62,640 nt of DNA, filler included, from Rhabdomonas costata (GCA_019059605.1; 45 parts of 45 records of this genome joined end to end with filler, not necessarily neighbours in it), one strand, 5' to 3'. Counted from the first letter of the whole stretch, positions 12,454 to 25,800 are shown. A program made the numbers and translations. The notes: generated by a model from the sequence alone, not told the origin.

Positions 12454-15028
12454 NNNNNNNNNNNNNNNNNNNNNNNNNNNNNNNNNNNNNNNNNNNNTTA
12501 ATTAATTAANNNNNNNNNNNNNNNNNNNNNNNNNNNNNNNNNNNNNNNNNNNNTGTGGGTGGGGGCGGGCTTCTTAAGTTGCCCTTTTTTGTGGGGCAGC
12601 TGATGCACTGTAAACGAGTCAATGCCAACGAGGCTTAGCTTTGCCCGGTGCCGAAGTCAGGGCATCGTCGAAGTACGTCGCCCGCAGCCTTTGGACCATC
12701 AGCCCAATCTTTGCCTCAGGAACGACCTTGCCATCACTGGGGTGAAGGGCCGCCGTTGGCAGGTCGACCGGGGCGTTGCCCCGGTCGAAGGCCTCCCAGA
12801 AGGCCGCGGAGCGCTTCCTTTGCCGGCGCGCCAGAAGGGCCACCTCTGCCTCTGCAGGGCGGCCATGGTCAGTGATAATGAAGTGAATATTCTGCAGCGG
12901 CACCCCCATCCGCAGGGCCACGGTGACCTTGTCACGCCAGTCCGAGACGATGGTGTTAGTATCGTCAAAGACAATAATCTGGGGAGTATCCTGCGACAGG
13001 AGAGGTCACACACCCGTGACATTCGATGGTTTTTTTTTTTGCCAAAATTGAATCTAAAAGTGGGCGCGACTGTTCGGCACCTCTTAAAACACCTGCACCG
13101 TGCGAGCCTGCGTTCCCTTCTTCACTACTGCATGACGAAATGTCATCCTCCGAACAAGGATAAGAGGAGGGGGCACATGGGGGGGGGGCTTCCGTCGACA
13201 GACCTTACTCAACAACTCGGAAAACAGCTGCTCCATTGGTTGCAGGGCGATTCGGCGGAACAGCGCGAAGTTGAACTTCCCCGAGGCATTGGCTGTGGGC
13301 GCGAAGACCACCGTCCGCGTGGCAGAGTCGGCACGGTAGAGCCCCGGCTGCAGGTCGTTGGTGAGCACTGTGAGAGGGAGCTCCTGGGAGCTCGCCCGCA
13401 GCGCCTTTGCCCACGTGCTCTGGAAACGCATCCCCCATCCCCCCGGTCTCTCTCCGTCCACTTTCGGTCCAAGCAAGGAGAACCGAAAATATGTAAGACA
13501 ACTCGGACGCATGCGCAGAATCTGGGCACGTCTGTGCACACAGCTGCATAGCGGAATTCCTTTTCTTCGCTCGTTATCGATCTGGAGACCGTAGAAAGGC
13601 CATCAAAGATATTTCGTACCCACTGTGCTGAAAAAGGCGAGCGGAAGAGGTGACAACTACTTTCTCTAGTTTGGCGGAAAAAACCGGGGCCGCACAGTCA
13701 GCCCGACGCCCACCGATAGGGAGCACACATGCACTGGGACACCGCTTGACACCAGGTTCGCTTGCAGAACGCAGCACGGCGACAGTAAACAAAAAAGCGG
13801 CAGTGTCAAGTCACCATTTCCTCCAACAGTGGAAAACCCAGAAAAACANNNNNNNNNNNNNNNNNNNNNNNNNNNNNNNNNNNNNNNNNNNNTTAATTAA
13901 TTAANNNNNNNNNNNNNNNNNNNNNNNNNNNNNNNNNNNNNNNNNNNNGTGGTGGGTGTGTTTGGGTGGGGTTGGCGATGGGGTACACAGCTGCTTCGCT
14001 GCGGCACGGGAATCTCCCCACCGTACCGTACCACGAAGCCCGTCAGGCCCGCAAAGAGCCTGCGGCCAACCCAGAGGTGAAACTGGCAGGCCGCGGGGGG
14101 CAGCTCCTGCAAGGCATCTGCTTCTGCGGTGAAGGGGGTTCCGTGCGCAGCACCAATGCTCAGAGGTAACTCTTGGGAGCCTGCAGAACGGGAGGGGGAG
14201 AGAGTGGAGAGCAACTTTCAAGACAACTATCATACAGTGTCACCGAATAAGACAGCACAATACAGTTGATTTTCATCCAAATTCGAATTTTTTTTTTTTG
14301 CAAAATTATTGCCTCAAGCAGAATTGGAACACAGTTTTCTAAACAGAGTCTCACCTTATTAACCTCCCGATTAGTGGAGATTGGAGAGGGCACAATCCAT
14401 TTTCAGCAAAAAATCAATGCCTCTTTCAGATCGCGAAGGACAAAAGAGAGCGGAAAAAAAACACCTAAGAAAAGACCGGAATTGGGGAAGGCAAACAACC
14501 AATGTCAGTCCCTCTCCCTCGATCTCATGCATGCGATTTGGAAGAGTGGGGACGGGACAAAAGGGAAAGGTTCCACAGCGTACGGGGCAGAGCCGGCAGC
14601 GGGGGATGAGCAGCCAAGTCTCCAGCGGAGCGACCCTGCCAAGCCGCCAGCAGAACCCGCAGCTGGAACCCCAGCAGCACCGCTGCCGCGGTGGGTAGCA
14701 CCACGCAGACCCACCACCGCAGCCGGCTTCCCTGCCGGGGGGTTGCGCCCCCTCCCGCCATATGCTGGTGGGTGGAGACTTTCCTTCCCCAAAACCGCTG
14801 CTACGCTGGCCCTGCACTAGCCGACATCAGACCAGTGCAGAGAGGCCAGGAGCCCCGGGAGCGCCGGGTGGTTTACCTCTGAAAGAGATTTTCATGCCTC
14901 TCGCATTGGTAGACAACATCGGACAAAAGGCACACCTGTATGTTGAGCGGATGCCTGATTGATTGATATGTTGAGCGGCTGACTGATATGGAGCTGATAT
15001 CAAGCGTCCTCTCATGATCCCAGAGTCT

Positions 15029-15063
15029 ATGTGTGTGTGTGTGTGTGTGCGCGCGCGCGCGCG
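15029..15063 (+). repeat. (GT)n-(GC)n alternating purine-pyrimidine microsatellite
   Basis: gtgtgtgtgtgtgtgtgtgcgcgcgcgcgcgcg seen directly. Confidence 0.9.
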
Positions 15064-15120
15064 GGCGGGCGCGTGAGTGTGAGTTGAGCGCATCGCGCGC
15101 TGGCTGTTGCCTGGTGGACT

Positions 15121-15243
15121 GGTTGCTTGGTTGTTGGTAACCACTGTGGACTGACGGGCGCACGCGCTGTTGGCCACGGGTGCTCGCGTGAGGTGCCGTT
15201 GGAGCGAACGGTGCCGTGGGGAACCGGAATTGGCTCACCGCCG
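15121..15243 (-). repeat. Dispersed repeat, copy 1 (about 120 nt, matches 38822-38944)
   Basis: Reverse complement cggcggtgagccaattccggttccccacggcaccgttcgctccaacggc... aligns without gaps to 38822 onward, with roughly 1 mismatch in 10. Confidence 0.9.
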
Positions 15244-15910
15244 NNNNNNNNNNNNNNNNNNNNNNNNNNNNNNNNNNNNNNNNNNNNTTAATTAATTAAN
15301 NNNNNNNNNNNNNNNNNNNNNNNNNNNNNNNNNNNNNNNNNNNGGTTGTCACAACGGTCAGCTATCGGCGTTTATGTCGCTCAAGAGTAGGTCATTTCTC
15401 TTGCACACGCGCATCCATGCACACTCGCGGTTTGATCCCTGGCATCCCCTTTGCTGCATTGCTTCGACCGGAGCGAACGCGGGGTTCACCTGCCTCGGCT
15501 GCAGAATGCAGCGAGACTAGAATACAGAATACAGTGTTGGGCGAGAAGTGGGTCCCCCCGACGCTGCTGTACAGCGCTCTGCACCCCTCTTAGGAGCGAG
15601 GAGAGTGGCGGCTTGATATGGTCCGCGTCACCTCAGAACCTCACAAAGTGTGCACGAAACCAGGCGTCTTGGGTCTTCGAACCTAAAACGGATCATGAAA
15701 ATACCAGGTTATTGGCGCGTATTGCTTGGGCTTGCTTAGCGACCTCTTCTTTGACATTCTACCATTTACCTCCAACTTTTGAGTTCAAAGGAGCCATAAC
15801 TTTGCGCTGGGCCTTCTATTTTCCTGCTGGCATCGTGCCTCTTGGTCCTCCTTCCCCCTCAACCCCACAGGCTCCCTCGCCAGAATTCTGTCTTTGTTCT
15901 TGTTGCATTT

Positions 15911-16181
15911 ATGCGGTGCTTCCTTCCGCTTTGGATGGTAGTGGTAGGTATCGCGTGCGTGGGGGTGGGGCCTGCGGAGGGCCTGCCCGGCGGGGGCACC
16001 AGCCTGCACATCGCCTCCACCTCTGCCCTGGCCATCCTGCCGGAGTTCAGCGCACTGATCAACGCCACGGAGTTCACGGTGGAGTTGTGGTTTAACTCGT
16101 TCCTGAACGGCTACGAGGGTTACGCCGTGGAATTCGCCACTGCAGGCAACTTAGAGCTCTTTCAGATCCAGCTTCTGGAAG
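15911..16181 (+). CDS. First exon of a secreted or surface protein with a LamG/concanavalin-A-like domain
   Basis: Signal-like MRCFLPLWMVVVGIACVGVG, then EFTVELWF typical of LamG-like strands; GT donor at 16182. Confidence 0.45.
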
Positions 16182-18691
16182 GTGCCGTGGCAACAGCATG
16201 TGCAGTGTAGTTCATGGGTTGTTGCTTCGGATCCTGCGAGGCACAGTTTCTTGAGTAAGATTTCGCGTGGGAACTTGTCTGAGAAGCTTCGATCAGGTCG
16301 AGCTTCTAGCTGCGGCAAAAGAGGGGCTGCACGAGGTCATGCGCACCGTGATAATTCCAGCAACTGCTTGAGACCTGGAAGTCCGGGGACCACGCGTGAG
16401 TTGCTCGGCCGTGCTCATTGGGTCCCATCATTATCGCTTTTTTTCAAACAGGTATTGTTCTATTTCCGTTCCATCGCCCTCCTGCACCCCTCCCCCCTTC
16501 CCACGGACGGTTCGGACGGTTACTCGTCCGACCGTCTGGTCAAGTTGGTCTTCTGTTCGGGAACCGATTCTCTGTCACCTATCGCATTGGCCTCCTATGC
16601 AGAAAGCGCTGGCTGGGGCTTCGGCGACCACAACAACNNNNNNNNNNNNNNNNNNNNNNNNNNNNNNNNNNNNNNNNNNNNTTAATTAATTAANNNNNNN
16701 NNNNNNNNNNNNNNNNNNNNNNNNNNNNNNNNNNNNNTCACCCACCGCAAGGCGTTGCAGCAGAGGTTTTTTTTTGGGGGGGGGCTTCCTCGCACTCCTC
16801 TCAGCCTTTCTTGTTTCATTCCCTCAGTTGCACATCCGTGGACCGCGCACCCCCCCTCCTATACCTCCCTCAGCACATGCTCCCTCCGCTTCGGTCATTA
16901 CAAAGTTCTATCGCAGAAGTGTCGCAAGATAGGGCAAGCTTTGCCATGTCCATCAGGAACTAAAAGCCAAGAAAATCAAAAGGACCCGTTGCACATTGCC
17001 ACAGCTGTAATGAACACTTCCCGTGAACTGTTTCCCTCGTGAAGGTGAGTGTGTGTCTGGGTGTGCGCGCGCGGTTCTCGGGGCGCCATCTGGTGCGCGT
17101 GTACTACAGTACGGTGGGCAACAGGCCGCACAGCGAACCAATGTGTGTGCGTGGATGCGTGCTATCTTGTCCCACATGTGTGCCTTCCACCACACCTCAG
17201 ACACTGGTCTTCGACGGGGCAACTTTGCAGGGCCGCCGAGCTGTCTTCGCAGGCCTCCTCATTGTGCACCACGCTGCAGGAGAAGGCCACGGACGTCGAC
17301 CTGCTGCACACTGCGGCCTCCACAAGAGCCAAGTTTGGGAGCCCGCCTGGCGCTTCAGCCGAGGACGGCGCTCCGGGCTCCCTGTGGACCCCCGTGGAAA
17401 GCCCCCCTCCGCCCCTGGAGATTCCGGTTATGAGGGAGCTTGGCCCTGAGTGGAGGGCCTCCTTAAAGGTGCATGTATGTGTGTGTGGTTCCGTGGCAAA
17501 TGAGGTTAAGAAGGCTATAAATGCCGAGATGGGCGAAGCGCAATGGAATTGAATCTCCAAACCGCGGTTGATTACTCCAGGTTTCCCGAGGAGGAGTAGA
17601 GCGGATCCGCACACCGATTAGCGGCCACGAGGAAAGACAAAGAGAAAGCCGGAAAACCTGTTTCAGTCAGAAATACTTCACAACAACCCCGCTGTGTGTT
17701 TCGTAATTGGCTGTGATCTGAATTCCCCCTCGACGTCGTTATGCGTTTTGTGTGTGCTGTGCGTTGTCCCTCCGTGGGACCTCTGGGGCCTTCGCTGATG
17801 AGAGATCCCTTGTCTCTGTTTATTTCTTGGATACCTTGCGGGAAGGATGTAAAGAGGGACGTTCACTTTTCGCTTTTCTGTTTGGTCCAATTTCCAAAGG
17901 ACACCCACAACGTCTCTCACTCCCTGTATGTGCCGCCCCGACAACCTTCAGCAGGCCACACTGGTGCTGCGCTCCCCCCGCCCAATGTACCTTCCCGCCA
18001 TCGACCTCACCAATGGAGTTGGTTGCACACCCNNNNNNNNNNNNNNNNNNNNNNNNNNNNNNNNNNNNNNNNNNNNTTAATTAATTAANNNNNNNNNNNN
18101 NNNNNNNNNNNNNNNNNNNNNNNNNNNNNNNNGGGTTTGGGGTGCCTCGCCGGAACTCTGCTTCCCGTGGGGGAGCAGGGCAAAGCGCACCTGAGGGCTC
18201 AGGACCCCCTGTGGTGGACACAACTGCCTCCTTTGGAAGTGGGCTACCCGCTTTCCTGACCAAATAGTCCAGTCCAGGGCTGCCTTAACGATCCCTTCAT
18301 GGCTTTATGGCTCTTTTTAATTGTTTACGGCTTTAGATCGAATGTGATGGAAGCCATCAAATGTTAGCCGGAAATCAAATATCAGGTCCGCATTATTATT
18401 TGCCGCACAGGAGATCGATGCGTGGTGCCGGAATTAAAGGGACTGCAGACGCTGTCCCTTTCATACCAATAATTATTCGTTGGCGTTGGAGGGGGGGGGG
18501 GACACGGGGAATGAATCACATTCACCCAAAATTATGGTTCAGCTCTGAAGACAATTATTACGTTGGCAACAACATATGCCTTGCCCATCGAGTTAAGCAT
18601 CCGATTTGGAGGTACGACAAAAGTCACTGGTGATTTTCCACCATCCGCAAACTGAAGCGCCTTGGTCGCGAAATCCACCAAGATATCTCAG

Positions 18692-19064
18692 ATGGTTAGA
18701 AACGCCGCGGTGTCGCACTTCCGAAACTGCCGCAACAGCCACCCCCTCCGCTTCCGCCTCGACCGCCAAGCGCAAGCGGGAGATCTTGGTGGGCTCAGAC
18801 TCCGAGAAGTCCGATGAGGATGCTCCAACTCCAAAGCTGGGGAAGGCCACCTCCGCTCCTCCCCCTGAGGCACCCACGGGGGCTCCAGGCACGGACAGTT
18901 CGACGGCATCCCCAGATGCCAAGCTGGTTGCTGAAGTTATCGGGCTGGCCGCGTCGCCCCATGCTTTGCTTAGGCTCAGCGGGAGGCCTGTGAGCGAGAG
19001 CTCAACGGAGGCAGAGATTCAGGCAGCCTACCTGGCACTGTCCATGCGGATTCACCCGGATAAG
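18692..19064 (+). CDS. J-domain (DnaJ) protein, internal exon
   Basis: SESSTEAEIQAAYLALSMRIHPDK carries J-domain helix II and the HPD motif; bounded by CAG and GT. Confidence 0.7.
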
Positions 19065-19526
19065 GTTCTTGAGCACTCCCACCCTCCCCACGGCCTGTTT
19101 TTGTCAATCCTCTCATTCATGCTCTTCTTCGAGAACGGCTATCAGCCCCATTTTCCGGTTCTGCGAAGTAGTGTATGTTAGAAGTGTGTGAAGAAGATCA
19201 AGAAAAAGTTAGAAGGGTCATTTCGGTTCTGTGGAAGAGTGAGTTTATTAGGCGTATATGAATGGAAAACAGTCACGACCGGAATACTCTCTTGCAGAAA
19301 ATGCGTAGCGCCGCGTAAAGGAGGGGCCAAGAAACTCCTTGGAGCATGCGCTGCAGGGATATTCGAAAACGGAAAGTCAACAACACAACCCAAGTCAGAA
19401 AACAACCACACCAAACACACCCACACNNNNNNNNNNNNNNNNNNNNNNNNNNNNNNNNNNNNNNNNNNNNTTAATTAATTAANNNNNNNNNNNNNNNNNN
19501 NNNNNNNNNNNNNNNNNNNNNNNNNN

Positions 19527-20824
19527 TTTTTTTCTAAGAGTAGCATATACGTTGCACTGAGTAACAATACGTTTATTGATGATAATTTTAATTCGCTTGC
19601 TGATAATTAAAACACAGTTACCGCAGTTTTGGAATGTGTTTCGAACACTCCTTCCGTATTACTTGATGAAACATTTGCTCCATCCAGAACAGTGATATAT
19701 TATCAATATTGCGAAATTAAAGTGTGATGACAAAGTGTCACAAACTCTGTAGACTTCCACAAAGAGACGCACAGATGTTGTGGCTTCACTTTTGGAAGCT
19801 TAAATCCATAGTATTTGTGCGGTAATTTGCTAATATTCCAATAAGAATTGAAACATCAAGCTCCGAGCGGTAAACGTGGAGCACAAAAAAGAGCTTTATA
19901 CGCGCGCAAAGTTTTACAATAAACATGCGCACGTTAAAGAAGTCATTCCAGTGTGCAAATGACGCACGGTGATAAACGTCCGATACGGCGAGCGAATTTT
20001 CAAACTTTCCAAGATAAACAGCAGCACTCTACTTCAGTGTGGTAACAAGTGCACTTCTCCTGTCACTAGAAAGAGCAACTAGCACAAAGCTTGTTTTACA
20101 CCTGTCAAATGTATACTATGTGGTCATCAAGGGTCTTGGTGTAGACAAAAATGTAATAGATTCAGTATTCATCTAAATTCAACATGTTCTGAAAATAAAT
20201 TTCAAGGTCTTCTAAATTGTAGCTACGGATACAAAATAAACAGGTAGGCACAAGTAACGTAATTGTACGTAACTCTGTACCCTCCACGTGGTCCGTGTGC
20301 ACAAGACTTTCGTAAAATAACGAGATCAAGACAAGATTGGAAAATAAACCACCATGTTAATCAAGCATATTTTCAATGAATGGTATGGTGACTTGTCATC
20401 AAATGTCCAATTTGTTATAGTCCTTCAATTCGCCAAAATGCACAGCTTCTTTCTTGGGTCTTGGTTACAAACAATATACATGATCAATACAAAGATGTGA
20501 CCTAGATTTTGTACTGGCGGTACAGAAATTTCTTTATCCTTCGCTGCATTTTTTCATCCTTTGATTGATCCAATACACGTTCGGCACTGTGACGCAAATA
20601 TTCTATGTATAATCAATTATGTGTCATTGTTTTAGTAATTTTCTCAATTCTGGCTGTCAATTCTCCTAAAAATATCCTTGAACTCGTTAATGAGCTTTAG
20701 TTATTCATGATAAACTGTAGTTTACTGCCACGGTGGCGACACATTGCTGAATACGTTTTGAGAATATTTTGGACATTTGGCTTGTTTGTATTCTGTAACA
20801 GAGTTTTCTATGATCAAACCAACA
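19527..20824 (-). mobile_element. Decayed Helitron Rep domain, pseudogenised
   Basis: Ordered remnants on the minus strand: CAHGPRG (about 20281-20303, like MIHGPCG), FIVKLCARIKLFFVLHVYR (about 19866-19925, like INVExCxSIKxxKYLxKYVYK), YITVLDGANVS (like IxxYLDGRYVS); AT-rich with many stops. Confidence 0.45.
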
Positions 20825-21139
20825 NNNNNNNNNNNNNNNNNNNNNNNNNNNNNNNNNNNNNNNNNNNNTTAATTAATTAANNNNNNNNNNNNNNNNNNNN
20901 NNNNNNNNNNNNNNNNNNNNNNNNCTAAGCTTTTTCGCTGTGAAAGGGATCGGGCAGTGTTTGTGTATCTTCCCGACTGTGTGGGTGAGTGGAGGGGTTG
21001 ATATTTCAAGATGATCTGAGTGGGACGCTCAGAAACAGTCGCAGAGTAAAGTGTCCTGTCCGGAAATTTCCTGGATTTAAAGTTAATCCGCAAGGGACAA
21101 TCTTGCGGAGCTTCGCACAACTGCGGACTTGCACTGCAG

Positions 21140-22217
21140 GCAAGACCATGCTAGCCAAGGCGGTGGCGACGGAGATGGGTGCCCACTTCATTGCTGTGCA
21201 CATCGCCGACCTCATCCATGGGGAGGTGGCCTACCCATTCTTAGCTTTGCAGCCGCTGCAATTTGCGCTAATAACTGCACTTGCGTGTGGCCTGCGTTTC
21301 AGCCTTCCACTGACCGATGTCATGGGAGCCATCGAAGTTCATTAAAGAAGATCACCAAGCCATCAAAGATTGTGCACGCTGTGAGGTCGTAATTTCGTTC
21401 GAGCGCTTGTGGTTGTTGATGGCTCTGAAAAAGATGCAAAAAGCACTTTAGAGGCCCTTCGGCCCGACAGCTATGTTTCTGCTTGAATGCTAATGTTCTT
21501 TATGTGCTTTCTTTTGTTCCCCTGCTGTGATGCTGGGGGAGGGGAGGGGCTTTTGGCGGACAGGTAGGGGAGTCCGAGCGGGCGTTAGCGGAGGTATTCC
21601 GGCTGGCGCGGTGCCACTCCCCCTGTGTGGTTTTCCTGGACGAGCTGCAGGCCATGTTCTCAGCCCGAGGGGAGCGCAATGTCCACGAGTCCAGGCTGGT
21701 CTGTGGCGCACGTTGCTGGGTGGATTCGGCGTTGTGTTGTTTTATTTCGCTGCTTTTCTGTGTTTTTGTGTGTCTCACTCTCACTGAGTACTGTCTCTCT
21801 CTCTCAAAATTCGGTTTCGGCCCTTCCAAGACAGTCTAATATTTGACCTGATGCCCGCCAACCTGGCGAGAGGCCTAATTGCCGTTTCCGAGTGCGGCAG
21901 AGACAAGCTTGGGAACGGCCGCATTGAATCGCCATCGCCATCGGTCGCATCGGTCCATGCGCGCATTGCGTTAGGGTTCCGTCACGGCAAAGGAGCGCTG
22001 TGAGCGTGCCTGTACTGGAATTTTTCGCACTTGTGCTTTTGAGGGACTTCCTCAGAAGTGTATGGTCGATTTGATGTGCATCTTTTCCCTGTTCTCCTTT
22101 CTTTCTGGAACCTCCAGGTTTCCCAGCTTTTTCTTGAGATGGATGGGCTATCCGCGTCGCTTGAGGAGGCCTCTCCAGACGCCAGTTGCGGCGTCTGGAG
22201 AGGCCTCCACAACCAAC
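21140..22217 (+). CDS. AAA+ ATPase of the CDC48/SPATA5 type, partial; exons 21140-21225, 21564-21698, 22118 to contig end
   Basis: GKTMLAKAVATEMGAHFIAVHIADLIHGE|VGESERALAEVFRLARCHSPCVVFLDELQAMFSARGERNVHESRL|VSQLFLEMDGL: Walker A, pore loop, Walker B and the QLxxEMDG motif, all joined in frame by GT-AG introns. Confidence 0.9.
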
Positions 22218-22599
22218 NNNNNNNNNNNNNNNNNNNNNNNNNNNNNNNNNNNNNNNNNNNNTTAATTAATTAANNNNNNNNNNNNNNNNNNNNNNNNNNN
22301 NNNNNNNNNNNNNNNNNAATTGCCCGCCCCGTCGGCTACTTTTAAGCGCTTGCTCACTGTTTTTTGGTGCTGCGCTAGACTTTTGACTCTGAGCGTTAAA
22401 ATCAGTGATTACGTCGGTTGCCACCCTTACGGTGACAACGACATGGGTTTGAATAACCCTGCTCATGGCACCAAGTCGAGTACCATTCGTTTGTGCACTG
22501 CACAGCACAGCATCGCACCAACGGGGGGTCTCTTGTCATTAAGTCGATTTCCATTCATGCCTTCCGTGCACGCAGCAGGGGTCTGTTGCCATTCCAAAG

Positions 22600-22851
22600 G
22601 TATGTCCGCCAGGCTCTGGTGGGGCTCGGGTCTGTGGTGGTGGACGTGCCAGAGGCGAGAAGCGTGGCAGAGGGGCTGCACATGAAGCTGTACGCGGCGT
22701 GCCTGGACCTCCCACCGGACTCGTACCTCATCATGGCCGACGCTGACCTTATTCCGCTGCGAAAGATGTGGTACGGGAGGGGAGGGAAGAGATGGGAATG
22801 GGCTGTATTCGTCAACAGGGTTGAACCTCCAACTCGCGGAGAAATGTTTCC
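22600..22851 (+). CDS. Internal exon, possible GT-A fold glycosyltransferase
   Basis: KLYAACLDLPPDSYLIMADADLIPL has a hydrophobic strand plus DxD; AG and GTGAGT boundaries. Confidence 0.4.
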
Positions 22852-25800
22852 GTGAGTCTTCGTTTTGGAAGTGCTGAGAAGACAGCCGTGGAATCACTGA
22901 TTCCTTCACTGGCAGACTCTGAATTAGAGGTGATGGACTCTTTTGTCCCGGCCCCCCCGCTATTCACTGTTGCGTAGCGGCGTATTTATGCTGTGAGTAG
23001 CGTTCGCTCTATATGCATAGCGTTCACTACTCAAGGCTGAGTAGCGTCCGCTATGCGAAAACTTCAGAACAGACCGAACGGTACCTGACGGAGTTATCGC
23101 GTGAACCAACGTGATCGCATGGAAGTGTTTTTTTTACGCCTAGTCCTTTTTTCTGTTCGCTTTCCTGCTTGCTCGATGCTTGGCCGGCATTTTCAGCACG
23201 CCCGAGAACTCGCATCGGTGTAACCGTTCTCGTCCGCGGCTGTTGCGGAGGGCTACTTGCCCACCGAGCTGCTGGAACCCCCTCTCGATTCCTCCCCCCC
23301 CCCCGAAACGAAAACAGCAGGGTCAGAAGTGAAAGGTTGAGGATCAGCGTTAGCGTGCAAGGGCTTTGTCCTTGCCATTGTTTTCCTGATTGCCACCATT
23401 TTTGCCATTTGCCTTCTTGCAATAGCAAAGTTCCCCCATACGCCACTCCCCTGCCTTGCCGTTGGAAAGTTAGCCGTTGTGTTGTTTCGGCTCATTTGCT
23501 TTTTTCCTGATTCTCTGCTTGTCTCCACTGTCTCTCCCGCTAGGTCCCCCGCCCCGCCCATTACTATTTTGTCCTCTGCAATACCTCAAAGGGACCTTCC
23601 CACACCAACACNNNNNNNNNNNNNNNNNNNNNNNNNNNNNNNNNNNNNNNNNNNNTTAATTAATTAANNNNNNNNNNNNNNNNNNNNNNNNNNNNNNNNN
23701 NNNNNNNNNNNTTGTGTGTTTAGTGAAATTTGACCTGAAACTACGATAAAATGCTCAAAAATAGACGAAAATTTGGCGAAAATAGCTCAAAATAGGCAAA
23801 AAAAAAGGAGGGGGAAAGGAAGAAAAGTAACTTGAAATATGCACATTAGGAAACATTAGCGCTTAAATTGTCTGTAATTTTGCCCCCCTACGTTGAAATA
23901 GGACTGCGGTATGTGCACAGTTTTTGTCCCAACATTGACCCATGAGGGGAAGAGGGCACAAAGATGATTGTTACCCTGCGGATCTGTTGAGACAGCATTT
24001 GTTTAGGGGCCAGCCCGCGGGGCGGCGGGGCGGACGGATGAGGCCGTGACGTGCCAAGGGGGCTTGCAGAAATTTCACTTTTGCTGTTTAACGTCGTTAA
24101 ACGTTCAACCCTGTTCCCCCCCCCCTTTTTTTTTAGAAAGATATTTTCACAGGGGTTTGGTGAAGGGTGCCTTTTTCCACTAGATGAAGTTATTTTTCCG
24201 AAAGGGGTTAAGTATACTGTTCATAGCATTTCATAAATACTCGAATTAGCCTCCCACCTTCTACAAGATCAAATAGTTGGCCAGGCCGGTGAGAAAGCAG
24301 GCTTTGGGTTCGCAGAATTTTCTAAACTGCCCTGCACTTCCCGCAATGACACTCCGAGGTGTTGCTTGGGACGAGCGTAAAGCAGACCGTCGCTTTGACA
24401 ACACCGTGAGCTCTCCAGAAACACGGCATTCTGAATCGAATTCCACAGCTCACGGCACATCGCGACCATCCGCCCCGGACTGCGGTCGACTCGCACCAGA
24501 ACAATGCCTGCCTCCCAGACCTTCCGGCGGCAACTAGCTCCACTGCTTCAGGACTGGTACAAGGGATTGCAGCCAAGGTCTTCTAAGCCTGCTCCTCAGG
24601 AAAGCCAGCGGGCTGCTGTAGTGAGCAGCGACGCAGCACCAGTCGCTTCTCTTGGCAGCTTGCAGTACTCCAGCTCCAGCTGCTGCCAGGTTCGATAGTT
24701 GGCCTGACCTTGGGACCGCGGAGCCCAAGCCGGCCAGTCCCAAGGGTTGGTTGTGGGGCAGAGTACTTCTGCGATGGATCTCTTCTTCCAACAAACCACA
24801 GTTGCTTCCAGAGACGAAAAACTGCGGCGCCCGCTGAACAAATGGCAAGCCCATCAACGCTGCCTTCACTTCTGGGCGGAGCTACTTCAGCAGCTTCCCA
24901 GGCACGGGACAGGGGAACACCAGCCGCGGCACAGCACACAGCTTGCTCAGGCTTCCAGTTCACGGTCCCCAGTTCGCAGCACCTGCGCCACAAACACCAC
25001 CACANNNNNNNNNNNNNNNNNNNNNNNNNNNNNNNNNNNNNNNNNNNNTTAATTAATTAANNNNNNNNNNNNNNNNNNNNNNNNNNNNNNNNNNNNNNNN
25101 NNNNGTTGTGTGTTTGGTGGGGGTTGTGGTCGCCGTCGGGGAGGCCAGGTTCACGGTGCTGTCCATGCTGTACCAGACAGCAACCGAGGCTGCCAGTGGG
25201 GGGGCCTTGGGTCCCCCAACAAGCTGCAGGTGCACAGCCCACCCTTTTTCCTCTGCTTTCTCTTATTGTTGTTTTCCAGGGCAAAGTGGAAAGGCACGGT
25301 TCTTTCGGAAACGTTCGCCTTCAGTGGTCATATTTGAGCAATACAAAAAACATGTTTTGAATGTGGATTTAGATTTGATGTGAGTCAGGTGCTGGGCATA
25401 CATATGGGCATATGTAAGCACATGGGCATATACGCACTCTGGCTCCCGTAGCATGGATCTCGAGGGCCTCGGACTTTGCTCGCGACGGAACCACGCTGTC
25501 CCCAATGTATGCCACCGTAATCCCGTAGTTCTCCCCCTTGCCCTTCTCTCGTACCCTTCCCCCTTCACTGGCCGATTATACCTTGCACTCGTCACTCTTT
25601 CCCAGCCGAACGCTCCCTCCCCTCCCTACCGTTTGTTGGTCGCCAGATCTTCCCCATCTCCATGTACCATATCTCCACAGACAGTGGCCCATTCCGTGTT
25701 TTCACAGCCACTCTTTCATCCGGGATCCCCCACCTCCCTTTCTTTTCTCTGTGTTTGATTTTTGCTGTTTGCTGCAAGAACGATAATCCCGGTCTGAACC

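Noticed and set aside
12622-13551. 309-aa plus-strand ORF
   Set aside because: Composition (many H, R, G, V; no motifs) suggests an antisense shadow of minus-strand coding sequence
17795-17820. CTGATGA followed by a short GAGA/TCTC stem, hammerhead-like
   Set aside because: The required GAAA after stem II is absent
24240-25004. Broken coding-like GC-rich region, possibly a decayed element
   Set aside because: No recognisable motif
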